A stretch of 64,000 nucleotides of DNA. Source: Antedon mediterranea. Lineage: Eukaryota; Animalia; Echinodermata. Location: contig NC_092675.1 of NCBI RefSeq assembly GCF_964355755.1, forward strand, positions 10,473,812 through 10,537,811, read 5' to 3'. Of this stretch, positions 1 to 13,309 are shown one piece after another. The position numbers and the translations under genes were made by a program. Under the pieces are notes generated by a model that saw only the letters and a program-made list of their open reading frames with translations, ran no database searches and was not told the origin of the DNA. The number at the start of each line of letters is the position of its first letter. Positions within the stretch are counted from its first letter, which is position 1.

Positions 1-354
1 TTTTGGTAAAGATCTTGCAATAACTTGCATTACAAAAAAACTTTAGTTACGTGCGTCTCATGAACCTTATTTCTGAAAAATAGCGTCAATGAAAAACGTT
101 AAGCGTATCGAAACATGGAAGAATCGTTAAATTTCTGCAAAATGATTAAAAAAAATAAATGGTACATTTAAAAAAAAGAAGAAAAAAATAATGTTTTCAC
201 TCATGAAATGACAAAATTAACGGTTAAATTCGACCAAAACCCCATTGGCTGGGAGCCAATTTGACTGTTTTTTGCTATACTGCTATACTATCAAGCAAGT
301 TTGACAAAGATATATGATAGTGATATGACTTTATCATATATGGGCACATCAAAT

Positions 355-430
355 TTTTAGTCGTGTGCAAACGCGACTCTACGGCTCACTATATCGGTCG
401 GATGGTCGGCCGGTCTGTCGGTCGGAAATT
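355..430 (+). mobile_element. Helentron/HINE(DINE-1)-like non-autonomous element start
   Basis: T-run followed by short palindrome TAGTCGTGTGCAAACGCGACT and a GTCG/GTCC-type microsatellite, the layout of HINE/DINE-like ends. Confidence 0.4.
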
Positions 431-659
431 ATTTTTTCCCGATCAGATTATTATAATTATTATCAGACAAAAGTGAAGTTGTTTATCTATTTTGTAACAT
501 TAATTTGGCATATTCTAAAACAATTTTTTTAAATATATTTTTAGGGGGATAATTATATCTTTAATGTTAACAATTCTTCTCATAACGTAAGTAGCCCCAA
601 TGACTACTTAATAACATATTGATCCAGTACATTTTAATTTACAAAATAGAAAAAAAATA

Positions 660-760
660 TTTAAAAACATATTTCAAAATAATATAACCAAGTATTTAAG
701 ATAGGATTGTTAAATTAACAATCCTATCTTGGTTATATTATGTTTAAATATGTTTTTAAT
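660..760. repeat. Short AT-rich palindrome
   Basis: AAGATAGGATTGTTAA-A-TTAACAATCCTATCTT core centred near 715, with imperfect flanking arms. Confidence 0.7.
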
Positions 761-994
761 TTTTTTTTTTTTGCAATGCAGATCCAATAATAACCATTCT
801 AATTGTGACTGATTTTAAATAACATCATTGTTGGTTATAATACAGGAAGATAGTTTGTCTAAATGCAAGTGAATCGTCTTATTTACATATCAATGGGAAC
901 TAGCCGACAATGATTTGCTTATATTAAACCGATTTAGCCTGTGCGATACAAATTACGTGAGCAGACTCCCTTGCTGGTTCCTCATATTATTATT

Positions 995-1905
995 AACTAC
1001 GGTCGTGCCCACAATGATTCTCGAATACACAGAATTTCAGCGTAAAAAAAAAAATGGCGATTTAAAATGTACGTACCGCAGGATTGCTGTATAATACATT
1101 GTCGTTTACAGAAACGAATAAATAGACACGAAGATTTAGTCAACTAAAATTAGCACCCTGGGAATTACTTCCGAATAAGAAACTTGTTAGAAAATTAGTC
1201 CAAATTCTTAAACAACCCCATTTTTTGTTTTGTATGTAACATTAAGGGTGAGGGATGGGGAAGAGGAAGAGGAACAATTTTTAAATATTATATTCTTCTT
1301 TATCCACTCAGTAACGAAATATTTTTCATGTTTTAAAGGCCTATAAATAATATACCACTAAATACAGTAGAACATTTGTGATTTAATAATTTGTTAAAAC
1401 TGTCACAGTCATAGTCGATTAAAATAGTAAAGTACATGTAACGATACACCACTACGACGTTTATATTTGTTGTAATTATTAATTAATACAAACGTTGAAA
1501 AGCAACTGTCTGTAATAAAGTGTATTTGTATATTATGTGTTTATATATCTAACAGTACCCACACTTCAGTAAGAAATTTGCTCTTCAAATGGCGACCAAA
1601 AATACATATTTACAGTATTGTTAAAGTATTGCAATACTATATCTAAAGGTTTTAAGTTTATCTCCCAAGGGCCCATAAATTTACCTACTTGTGTTAAACC
1701 AAATAATTATACTGGGAGAGATTGGAATATTCCATTCATCGCAAATCAATGCATTTGTATATATATTAAATCTATCAAAGACTATTTTTTTTATTGAAAA
1801 TCTTCAATATTATGATGCTGTACTCGAGCGGTTCAACTATTAAAAACAATTATCATAGAAGGAGATTATTGTGCGCGGATATTTTTCAAGATGGACATCC
1901 AATAT
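995..1905 (-). mobile_element. Degenerate copy (H0) of the local Helitron-like family
   Basis: Similar to 9720-10505 in the same orientation and to 19150-20870 plus 25545-25580 in reverse complement. Confidence 0.6.
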
Positions 1906-1924
1906 CTGTGATTATACCATATAT

Positions 1925-1997
1925 GGCTCTGTAGTTTGAGTGGTATGATACTCGCCCTGTAAGCGAGAGGTCGCAGGTTCGAATCCCGCCAGAGACA
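1925..1997 (+). tRNA. tRNA-Thr(TGT)-like pseudogene or tRNA-derived SINE head
   Basis: Acceptor stem GGCTCTG/CAGAGAC (1 mismatch), anticodon arm CTCGC-CCTGTAA-GCGAG, B box GGTTCGAATCC, followed by TTTTT; C instead of T at position 33. Confidence 0.55.
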
Positions 1998-3514
1998 TTT
2001 TTCATACAACTAAAAAATACAGAACCTTCGCCAATGAGCTATGGTCGACGCGATTATGAAATCATGTTCCGAATATGAGCACTGTTAGCAAACGGCCATT
2101 TGAGTTATTAGACACGTAGAAAACGGCCAACAATATCTATAAATATATAAATCCAAAGGCAAAATACTGACAAAATGACAATACTGTGGGTACCAGCGAA
2201 TAGTTTTGTGAACGTACTTGACTGTTTAAGTTTCGCGCTTCGAAAACCAACATACGCCGCTCGTATTAAAACAAATCATAAAATACTTGGTCCTAAAGAC
2301 AAGGCATAGGTAGGCAAGTTTAATCATCCATAGGTGATAAATAGCATATTGTGATGAACGATTATTATTATAAATAACGGGGTTAGTGATTATTTGTCGT
2401 GTGGATATCAATTCGGTATGATTATACCAGGGAGTTGCAAATTACCTCAATGATTATAAAGTAGGGCCTACCACGATTAAATATTATACTTAGTATTCTA
2501 TTGCGCAATGCGTGTTGATTACTGAGCTCTTTGATATTGTTTGGAGGCCTATTTTTCAACTGAGAATGCATCGACACTTTTCAGGTGTTTTTTCAGGTCT
2601 TTTAATGTTGTACCGTAATACACATTGTCAATAAAGAATCAGATGAACAATTAATTATGTCATTATATTACTGATATTATTTTAAATTACTTCTCTTTAA
2701 TTCGTTGTATTATCGAATGTGCCTACAAGTCTCAATTTAAGTAGATTACAGTTTAGCATTTTAATAATAGCCAGTGTTGGGCATTGTCTTGTTGTGAACT
2801 CTTATACTACTTTGTCGGAAAACGCAGTAACTTCGTTAAGATGTCAACCATCATTTAGTAACAATATACGTCGTCGAGAACATCACTTCTTTCCGACCGA
2901 TGTGCGTATTCATTACATTAACAACTCGGATTGTAACTAATGCGTTGCATTAATAAAACAATTAGAGAAGAAAAATCACTCCGATAGCATATGCAAAATA
3001 AATTTAATGAACTGTTTTACGTATTTCTTAATTTTTTTAAACACAATATACACTACACCAGATCAGGATACCTAGGTAAATACGATACGGTACTCGGCGA
3101 GCATTTTGTCCTCTTCGTATTTTGTTCCGATTCTAACACTTTTTTGTAAAACCATTTTCTGAATATCATGAATATTCCACGTTTTATCTTATCATTATTT
3201 TATGCTTACTGTAGTTTTACTCGGAATAGTATACCGTCATCGAATACAGCTTTTATTCATACAATTTATAATTAAATTATTGATTAAAACTGTCATTATT
3301 ATTGTATATCATAATACGCCTTTTGTCATTGTACGTATTTATCTAAAAGATTATAATGTTTCTTGTGTATTAGAAATAATTTTATTTAATAAACCGATGA
3401 ATATTTAATGAGTTGTACCTCAACTAAGGCGATACTCCAAAAGCTGATTTATTAATGTAATTAATTTATATTCAAGCATAACAAAATAATAAATAGGCCT
3501 AATTATTATAATAT

Positions 3515-3700
3515 TCTAATGATGATGATGATTGTAATGATGATGGTGATGATGTGATGATGATAATGATGATGATGTGATGATGATGATGATGACGATG
3601 ATGATAATGACGAGGATGATGATAATGATGTTAATAATGGTGACGATGATGATGATGATATTGACAATGATAATAAAAATGGTAGGCCTAATGATAATGA
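3515..3700. repeat. Degenerate (GAT)n microsatellite
   Basis: Visible GAT/GAC/AAT triplet run. Confidence 0.9.
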
Positions 3701-5879
3701 TTTTGTTTTGCTTGAAATAGCCATTGTAGGTCTATTCCAATACATCAAACTCTAAAATGATTGTTACAACGTTGTGCAGTAAACGATTATCTTTCAATTC
3801 ATCGGAGATTTTTTTTTTACAATCGCTACCTATAAAAATCAAAGTCAATGGAAGAATGTCATTGCTGTACTCGAACGAAGGAAAACAGAAAGTAAATACT
3901 ACCCAATGAAAACTTCTACATGTATGACTATTAAAGTACGTGTGTAGTAAAAAAAAAAGTTAAATGAATATTGATTGATCAAATACCGTATAAGAGGTGG
4001 TATAGGTCTACATGTAAGCGATTGATATCCGTGTCTGAGATGGAACATAACAATTATGCTTTTAAAATAATGTATTAGTTAATAGAATATTGCGTACAAG
4101 TAGGTGTTTCCTAATAAATATCAGTCATCTACACATTGTAGATAATAAATGACGCGCTAACAACGTCATCCTAGCAAAACCAACTGTTATTTATTCCTAT
4201 TTCATTTTTTTACATAAATATATATATTTATACGTAAGTGATGCATCCCTTCTAACAGGATTAACACCAAACAATGTTCAAGAGTACAGTGGAATATTGT
4301 TATATACATTATTATACACACGTATGGTTACTGGAATAATTTCTCATTTTGTGTAAAACGAAACAGAACATTTTTAATTATTATATAAAATAAATAATAA
4401 TTATAATATTATAATGAAATAAACAATCGGCCCACTTTTTTTATTCACAAACACCAAAAAGGCGTATTATTATAGAAGATACTAATCAAATAATAACATT
4501 AATTATACCTACAAACGCGCATAATTTCAAGCCTTAAAAGCTACCAATAATGAATTAAGTTAGATGTGCGTTACTCACAAACCCCGTGAGTTAAAAGGAT
4601 GTTAATCTGTCAGTGAAAATGAATATAATCCTGTTATAATTACGATAAATAACAGTACCATATGTTTGACTACACTGATCTTTAATAATGCACGTATATA
4701 AATGACAACGTAAATAAAATTAAAACAATTTACCTTCTGAATATGTCTTGATAATCATCATTAAATAATCGTAGCTGAAAAAAAAAACCAGTTTTGAGTA
4801 GAAGCACCGATACCGCAAAACAATATAGTGATAATACCATCTCCTCCACAACTATTCTCAAGTCAACGCTAAAATGTATGTCAGTTCTTCTATTTAGCAC
4901 CAGTCAGAAATTCAATCTTACCACAGTCAGTATATACCGCTGTATACAATTCATCCCACACGACAACCACAGAACAATGGGCGAGTTCGGCATCACCTGT
5001 ACATTTCCACCCGCGCTTACTGGTGGTGACAAAACGACTGATGCATCCAGAAGTGTTCGTATATAACTGATTCAAAATTGTTATAACAGATTTTAAAACA
5101 ATACGTATCAATTATTGACAACCTTATCTCATGAATAATTATTCAATTCACGCTGCCCTTTGTTAATGTACCGTTTTCTCGCGCAAACAATAATGCCGTT
5201 TTCACCATATGGTACATTCGAGCAGCGTATCTCAAGATTCGTATTGATATGATGGTCATAGATTGCTACAGCCTGGCCGTGTATATAATGACAATTACAC
5301 TGAGCAACAAGGTGAAAGCTAGCCTGTAATTACAGTCAGTCAACCGTTGACTAATAAGCAGCAACAAATATTGATAATTATAATGTTCGCTATACCTAAT
5401 ACCAACGTCTGATTAACATTGTTTTGTATATATTATTTAAAAATGTGTAATCCTCTTGAATAATTTGTTAAGCATGAACATACAAAATCCTAATAATTAT
5501 ATTAGTTGTCCATCGATGATTGAAGATAAATATATGAACGAAAGAATAAGACAGAGTTGAGCGTAGCGGTATCAACATACGATGCGTCAGTAAACGATGA
5601 TGTACGCATGCATGAATGGACGACGAAACACGTGTAAATATATCACAGCTCATATATGATTTGCTGATAAATTTACGTACGATTGTGTTTGTGGAAAGAT
5701 AAATCCGTATATAAAAATGGACACGCCTACGCTAATGATAATGCACACAATCCTGTATAGTGAACCAACCGAACAATTGTAATCTGAAAATACATAATTA
5801 AACATAAAGGGAAAAGTAGTTATAATTTTTGTTGCCTTGCACCAGACGATGGTTGAAATATTTACTTCTATCCAATAAA

Positions 5880-5880
<1 letters not shown>

Positions 5881-5912
<32 letters not shown>
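5881..5912. repeat. (ATT)n microsatellite
   Basis: About 10 perfect ATT units. Confidence 0.95.
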
Positions 5913-5913
<1 letters not shown>

Positions 5914-7250
5914 TAACGTGACAGTGTTGAGCCAAGGAAATGAACAGGATGATGAGCTCCGGAGACCAAAGAGTTTATCTGTGGCTGCGACATGATCAGT
6001 TGTTCGCCCCTAAACGAACACCGCGGAGAATATGTATACATACATGAAGGAAATATATAGAGGAGGAAATTTATATATCTATTATTTCCCCCATGGTACA
6101 TAGTACTGTTGCTATTCTTTTTGTTGGCGTTAACCACTACTTTAATTAATTTCATCTTCAAATGATCAATACATGAATGATTTTATAGGCCTACATCTTC
6201 CTAATATATTATATTCCATTGTAATTCTGATTTTTCAACGTTATTTTCTTATATTTTTACCTATCTTTCATACAATTTGACCAAAAAAATTCAATCGGTA
6301 GTATGTTCGTAAAAGTCTATAGGCCTACTTTTATATTTCTCGTATTATCCACTTTTTTCATTTTTTTTTTATGTTGCTATTTTTCTTTTCATCTAAAACT
6401 TAAATATTAAATGCACTAAAAACATTTTATACTGTAATGTAATAATTGTTTTTTTATTTTGTTGTTATATTTATCAGTAGGCCTGTTGTCACTGTACATA
6501 TACACACAAACACAGTAGTACTGTATTTATCGCAGCCAAGATTCAATGTCAATTCAATTCAAATTCAATGACTGTTACACGAGTTAACACATTTGAAAAC
6601 AAATTAGTTTAAACCACTTTTATTCGTTAAGTTTCATTTTTTCATCCATAAGAAAATATAGTAAAAGCATAAAAACATCAATATAACAGAGTGAATCATG
6701 GACAAAAGGAGGAGGAGTGGAGAGAAAAGACAACTACATGCCTTATCGAGCTCAACTTTCATTTCATTTATTCCACATTTATTTAGTCATCAATTACGTC
6801 ATAATCCTGCAAATCATGATATCATGATATCAAGCAAATCATGTAAAGCTCATGTAAAGGCCTATATTCGTAAAATGTATACGTTCATAATTCTGTTAAT
6901 TATCCACCTATTAATATAATTTTAATTTATTTCTTTTTCTCATGTATAAGAAGTTAAACACAATGAAACATTTACTATACTGTTTTTTACTCGGGGTACC
7001 CGAGTCTAGTACTTACTCATTTTCTCCTCCACCATCTGGACACTATTGAGTAAAAAGTGCGATTTTTAAAGTACTACTCCTCCCTTATTAGTTGTAGTAT
7101 TGAGCTGGGATTTGGCATGAACATACTACAGGGACATGTCCTCAAAGCTATAGAGCCGGATTTTTAATTTTTTGTTAATTAATTTGTTTAATTAAGAATC
7201 CACAATGTGTGACACACACCACAGCGTTATGTAGTTATATGGTTATATGC

Positions 7251-7322
7251 GGCTTCTTGGCGTAGTGGTTATCACGTTTGCTCAATACGCAGAAGGTACC
7301 TGGTTCGAGCCCGGGCTAAACC
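7251..7322 (+). pseudogene. tRNA-Val-like pseudogene
   Basis: GCGTAGTGGTTATCACGTTTGCT...ACGCAGAAGGT...GGTTCGAGCCCGGGC resembles eukaryotic tRNA-Val; stems mismatched; followed by poly-T. Confidence 0.55.
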
Positions 7323-7532
7323 TTTTTTTTTAAACTTTATGGTGAAAAGTACTGTATACGCAATATGATAATTATACACAGTATATCTTATTATTATTTT
7401 TTAAAATACTTATTTTGTGTAATCGGTAATTATCACTTTTACACATGTTTATTTTGCTTTGTGCTTATTACCATTTATTTGTAATTTAAATGGATTAAAA
7501 AACTTTCTGTAACCCACAATTTCAATGTAAGA

Positions 7533-7596
7533 GGTTTCGTAGTGTAGTGGTTGTCAAGTCTGCTTAACACGCAGAAGTTCGAGCCCTGGCGAAACC
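7533..7596 (+). pseudogene. tRNA-Val(AAC)-like pseudogene with internal deletion
   Basis: GGTTTCGTAGTGTAGTGGTT...TCTGCTTAACACGCAGA...GTTCGAGCCCTGGCGAAACC; 5' side of the T stem is missing. Confidence 0.6.
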
Positions 7597-8472
7597 TATT
7601 TTTCTTTAACTTTCTAACTGTATACGTCTGTATACAGCTTCTTTCGCTGTACCCCGAGTATTGCACATTCGTGCTTGTTTTAAACATTTTTATCTTCATA
7701 GTATTTCCCTGTACATTTTATACATATCCATATACAGAATAAACGATTTAGTTACTAAAATAGACGATTTTTCTTACTCGTGCATACCGTATTTATACGA
7801 ATAAACGCCCCGGGCGTTTATTGTGCGGACGAGTTTTATGGGATGTTTATTCGATAGAGGCGTTTATTTTTTTTTTGTATAATATGATGAACATTTATAA
7901 TAACATAAAATATGCACCCTAGTTATAATAAAAAAAATACAATACAATTAATATCAAGAAGTGATAAAATACAGTAAATATTTAAGTTAAATGCTAAACC
8001 TCTAATAAAACGCAGAGACACATCGGCCTATTCCTGAAACAACAAGATGTGGCCGGCAGAGCTGTGAAATTACCAGCCCGTTTTTAGAGTAACGGTTACT
8101 CTACGGTTTTATTTATGTATTCGTTTATTCATTTATTAATTATTTTGCTGATACAGATAAAAATGAAGCAGATATGAACAAGATGTACACAGATTGGATA
8201 TGATTTTGCCGTGCGCGCGTGGTTTGGGCCTCCTGTTCCTGCTCGCATTACTTTATTTCATAAACACTTTTGGGTACTGTAACAAATTTCTTCGCGAAGT
8301 TTCTGAAGGCTAGAAATGATTTTATATGCCTATCTGGTAAACATTTGATGGTATTTTTCCCAAGAACATGAAAAATCGTCTTTATATGATAGGCTAAAGC
8401 TTCTCTGCTAATCAAACAATGAATGGATCATTATTATGCGGAGATAATTGATTAATTTCCACTCACCCAGAC

Positions 8473-8507
8473 CATGGAGGTATAAAAATAGATTTTATAC
8501 CTCCATG
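8473..8507. mobile_element. 35-bp remnant of a P/Galileo-like DNA transposon (two fused TIR ends)
   Basis: CATGGAGGTATAAAA...TTTTATACCTCCATG flanked by 7-bp direct repeat CCCAGAC (8466-8472, 8508-8514). Confidence 0.7.
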
Positions 8508-9719
8508 CCCAGACCCTGCCTTGTGTGGTAGATGTGCCGGTGGTATGTACCTATAATTTATTGGAGTTTATTTGGCAGATTATACGTACGAGTAGCCTAC
8601 GAGGCCTAGGCTTAGACTTGGTAAAGTAATTACCAAAAAACTCGGCAACACTCTAGTCCTATAAATATAATAATACCTGTTATTTCAATCTCGATCGTAC
8701 ATACGTACTCTTTTTGAAACCTAATGACGTCCGTTTGGTCATTGGTTGATTCGAAATCCATATTTATATACCGCCCGCCCCATTATCCAAATACGGTATG
8801 ATAACCTACGTTGTGTGCAATTCTTTTTCTGTCCGTAAACCTCCATAAAAATGGCTCAAAAACTAAGTTCTGTCGTATTTTAGACTTTCTACATCGGCTA
8901 ACTTATACCTACAGCTTTTGCAAGTGCCTCTAGCCTACGTACCACGTATTTGATTTGTCATTTTTTGTTTGTCATGTCTGCATCAGCATATAATTTAGAC
9001 ATTTCATCTTCATTCAGCAGAATAAAATTGCACTAACCAGCAATAACAATTGCATTGTTGAGTGCTGTTTCGCATCATACCGTTAGACCAACACTTTCAC
9101 ACGATTTGGCCACCGGGCCGTTATTAAAGTACAACTTCATAACAAAAACTGCCTTTCAAAGTGACATCTTTTCCGAACTGAGGCCATTTTTTTAGAATCA
9201 GAAAATTAAAATGCCAATCAATGTACGTTTTATTTCGTGTAGACCTATAGTGAATTGTCATTAACAGAGCCATATAAAGTGTTAAGACATTGAAGATTAG
9301 AAGCCATTTTTGTGTCAAAGAATTCGCACGCTGAGGGCGCGCGCGTCTCTTTTGTATAGCGTTTTCCTGTAGTTCCATGCATTATTTTTAGATTTTGTTG
9401 TCTATGAAATAACGCTTAGATTCCGTTTCTATTTTAGTAATTAATTTATTAATGGTATTGATTTGTTAAAAGATATATATATTTTTTATAATAACAAAAA
9501 AATAAATGCTAGGGCCTACATGGAAGTTAGGATACATCAAAGAGTGAACCAATACAAAAAACACACAAATTCACCCCTCTTTTTATGAGGTATATGGCTT
9601 TCTGTGTGTTTTTTACACAACGTTATTAACATTCAGAGACTCGTTCATCATTTCATTTGTAATAATTTGCCTTTATTATTTTAATATTGTCCATACCCTT
9701 TTCAGTATATTAACAAATA

Positions 9720-10743
9720 TCGTGCCCACAGATGGTTCTCGAATACATAATAATTTCAGCGTTAAAAAACTGACAATTTCAAATGTACGTACAATAATAC
9801 ATGTCGTTTACAGAAACAAATAAATAGACACTGATTTATGTACTCAACTAAAATTAGCACCCTGGGAATTACTTCCGAAAGAGAAACTTGTCACAAAATG
9901 AGACCAATTGTTGGTTTTCAATTGTTTCTTAGAGCCAATTCATACTTAAGTTGGTTCCTACCCTACCCACCAAAGTTGTTTTGCGTTTAGGGCATGATGC
10001 ACCGTAGGCCTATCAGGTAGTACTATGGCTTTACAACGCTACTCATGCCAGTGAGGGAAGGGTGATGATATGGGTGGTTTAACTGCAATAATAAAGATTT
10101 GTACATAATATACGGCGACTGAAAACGCCAGCACCAGCTCATTATCCGTTAAAAAAAAATTATATCCAACCTCTGCAGCACAGATTGAAAAAAAAAATGG
10201 ATCGAATTTCTGTTATGAGTATACAGTACTTTCCTTTACGACGCCTGAGGGAATAGACACTTGTGGAACGACACAGAGATTGGAATGTTCCATTCATCGC
10301 AAATCAATACATTTGTATAAACGTATATTAAATCTATCAAAATAGTATTTTTTTAAGAAAATCGGCCTGTCTTCAACATCATGATACTGTACTCGAGCTG
10401 TTCAACCGGTTTTCAGCTATTAAAAACAATTATCGTAGGAGGAGATAGGAAAATGCGAAGCCTCCTCGAATTTTTGTGGCGGGTATTTTTCAAGATTGAC
10501 ATCCATTAGACAGTGTATACCACGATCGGAAAACACCCCTATTTGGGGCAAATCGTTGAACCTAAATTCGTTTTAATCGTCAATAACTAATTATCTAACT
10601 TAATTTAATTAGTAAACAGGGTTACATCAGGTGGTTAAAATCAGTACCGAAAGTACGAACCAACTTTATATACCATCGAGTAAAAATTCTAAAAGTAAGG
10701 CGCGATTTACCGAATTTTGCCCTTATGTAAATTTATATATAGA
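9720..10743 (-). mobile_element. Non-autonomous Helitron-like element H1 (3' end truncated)
   Basis: Minus strand starts TCTATATATAAATTTAC at 10743; homologous to H3 (12117 onward) and H0. Confidence 0.65.
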
Positions 10744-12108
10744 CTAGAGGGTGAGCTCGCTTCGCTTCGCTCGCTCCCCCTCTAGGAAGTGTAGACGATG
10801 GTTCTCGGAATGATAATGTTCTCCTTATACGTTTTCTGTCGGTTACCATTATTGAAAATGCTTGACATTCGTAAAACTAAACTACTTTGTTTCACAGTGT
10901 TTTAGATGATTAATAACATTTTAAAGTATAGTTTTTGTTGTTTGGTAGGGCCCTTTGAGAAGGCGGAGGTCATTTGAGGGAGGTGCTTATTCGAGGGATA
11001 TATGTTAAATTGTTTAATTTTAATAATATGGTAACATTTATAATCAAATGAAATCCTCTAATAGATATGAAAAGTGCTAAAAAAGAATAACAAATGCTTG
11101 GTAAATTGTAGATAACAGTGCGGTGAATTCTACTACAAATAGTATAATTGTGTTATTATAAATATGTGGATGGACGTTTATTAGATAGTTGGGTTGGGGG
11201 GGGGGGGGTTATTATTCAAAGTGATGTTTTATTGGAGAGGCGTTTATTCAAATGAATACCATCCTAATAATTATTAATACATTATTTAATTTAATCATCT
11301 TTTGAAACTAACTGCCGTGACAGAGTGGGCCCAAGAAGAAGACATTACGGCTTGCAACATGGGCAGACATCTCGGTTTTAACGGGACACAGGAAGATAGC
11401 CTATACAGTTATTCCTGCAAGCTTACTCAATAAAACTCAGCTATCGGGATTTCACTCGAAAAATGTCTTATCATCAAATCTCCCTATGTAATTTTATAAT
11501 ACTATTCCCCACAATATATTCTGATTCTTTATGGCGTATATTTAATTTGATCTTTATTAATTTGCAGTATAATTCATATTATTTAACTACTGTACCTTCA
11601 CACACGCGCGGTATGTTTTAAAATAAACAAAAAACTGAAATGGCTATGATTAATGGCCAACTTAAGCTCCAGTCCTGCTATATCTGATTTTTTTTCGTCT
11701 TCCAAAGGGACACTGTATTGATTGATGGAAAGTGCCTGTTTCCAGTCACCTTTAGGGTCAAATCTATTATTTTAACTGCTCCCTTGTGTATAAAAGAGAG
11801 AAAATATTTGAAACCAGGTTGTTGCAAGGTGAACTTATCTTAAACCCGGAAATTACTTTGACCGGGAAGAATTGAAATTGAGATGAAAATCTAATGTTGA
11901 AATCATAAATTGTGTTAAAAAACTCTTTATAATATCTTCCTAAGATAGAAATATGGAACAATAGCGTCGCTGTGAACACTAATGTTATCAAATCTACGTT
12001 TCGCGGTACATCTCAGATAGATAAGGTAGGTATCCAAGGCGGAGATTTGTACCGAAGTTTTTGCATTGTGCTCGCCTATGTCAGAATTAACCATAATTTA
12101 TATATAGA
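10744..12108 (-). mobile_element. Non-autonomous Helitron-like element H2
   Basis: Minus strand A|TCTATATATAAATT 5' end at 12108; 3' end GCGAGCGAAGCGAAGCGAGC hairpin then CTAG at 10747-10744. Confidence 0.65.
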
Positions 12109-12362
12109 TTACATAATCTATATATAAATTTACGTAAGGGCAAAATTCGGTAAATCGCGCCTTACTTCTAGAATTTTTACTCGATGGTATATAAAGTTGG
12201 TTCGTACTTTCGGTACTGATTTTAACCACCTGATGTAACCCTGTTTACTAATTAAATTGAGTTAGATAATTAGTTATTGACGATTAAAACGAATTTAGGT
12301 TCAACGATTTGCCCCAAATAGGGGTGTTTTCCGATCGTGGTATACACTGTCTAATGGATGTC

Positions 12363-12765
12363 TGTCATATTATTGATGTTGTGATTCTCTGTGTTTAGAG
12401 AAGGATGCTTTAGACCAGGTCCGCTTTATATTATTAGCCAATCAAAATCGTATAATTTTTGGAGGGAAAATGTTATCCTCCTCTGAAGCCTAAAATTTGC
12501 ATGTCCAGTATAAAAGTGGAATGTAATAGATATTAAAGAGAAGAGAGAATAAGATCAGAGTAGATAAACGGAAAGATGATAAAGAAAATAAGGCTTGACT
12601 GGTACAGTGGTAGAAAGATGTATTAATCGAATTACAAGGAATAAAAGTTATAGTTGAGTTAAATATACTTTTTGTATGAGTTATCATTCAGTGACAGCTG
12701 TGTACGTCGCGTGGAAATATATACGCCTGAGAAAGCTCGGAACCAACTAAGATAAATTCACTACA
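12363..12765 (+). repeat. 5' LTR
   Basis: TGTCATATTATTG...TTCACTACA, direct repeat of 18801-19149. Confidence 0.95.
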
Positions 12766-12779
12766 TGGTGGCAGCGGTG
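12766..12779 (+). promoter_or_regulatory. Primer binding site complementary to a tRNA-Leu 3' end
   Basis: TGGTGGCAGCGGTG directly after the 5' LTR, complementary to ...CACCGCTGCCA-CCA of tRNA-Leu. Confidence 0.85.
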
Positions 12780-13309
12780 AAAATTTTTGTTTGCATGATT
12801 TAAGTATCAAGAAGAAGAAGAAGAAGTGACAGTGCCTACTCTACGGGCCTGTTAAATCAGTAACCAAAAAGTTAAATGGTTACGAAGATCTGGATTCCTG
12901 ACAGTTTTTATACCGTGCGTTGTTTGGATATTACAACGAAGAAGAAGTACTGTTGAGCTCAAGGTACCTACTCAAGGCTGCTGGATATTCATCGGAGATA
13001 TATATTCACCGAGATCAGAAAAGAAGAAGACTGAAGTAACAGAAGAAAGCCCAGTAAATTTTGAGAAGATTTGCAAAGCTGATTTTGTAAACTATTTTTT
13101 ATTTCGAAAGTAAATTTTTGTACGGAGCGAACTTGGAACGTTGTTTGTGACTTTGAAGTAAATTAATGTCTTATATTGTATTGCATTTAAAAATTTATGT
13201 GGATTTCATATTTTTACATATCTGAATGGAATCAAGGTAATACAAATACTTTTATAACATATTTTGTATACATAAGTTTACATATTTCATTAGTAAAATT
13301 GTTATTAGC

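Noticed and set aside
3506-3748. Ser/His/Ile-rich ORF
   Set aside because: Translation of a (GAT)n microsatellite.
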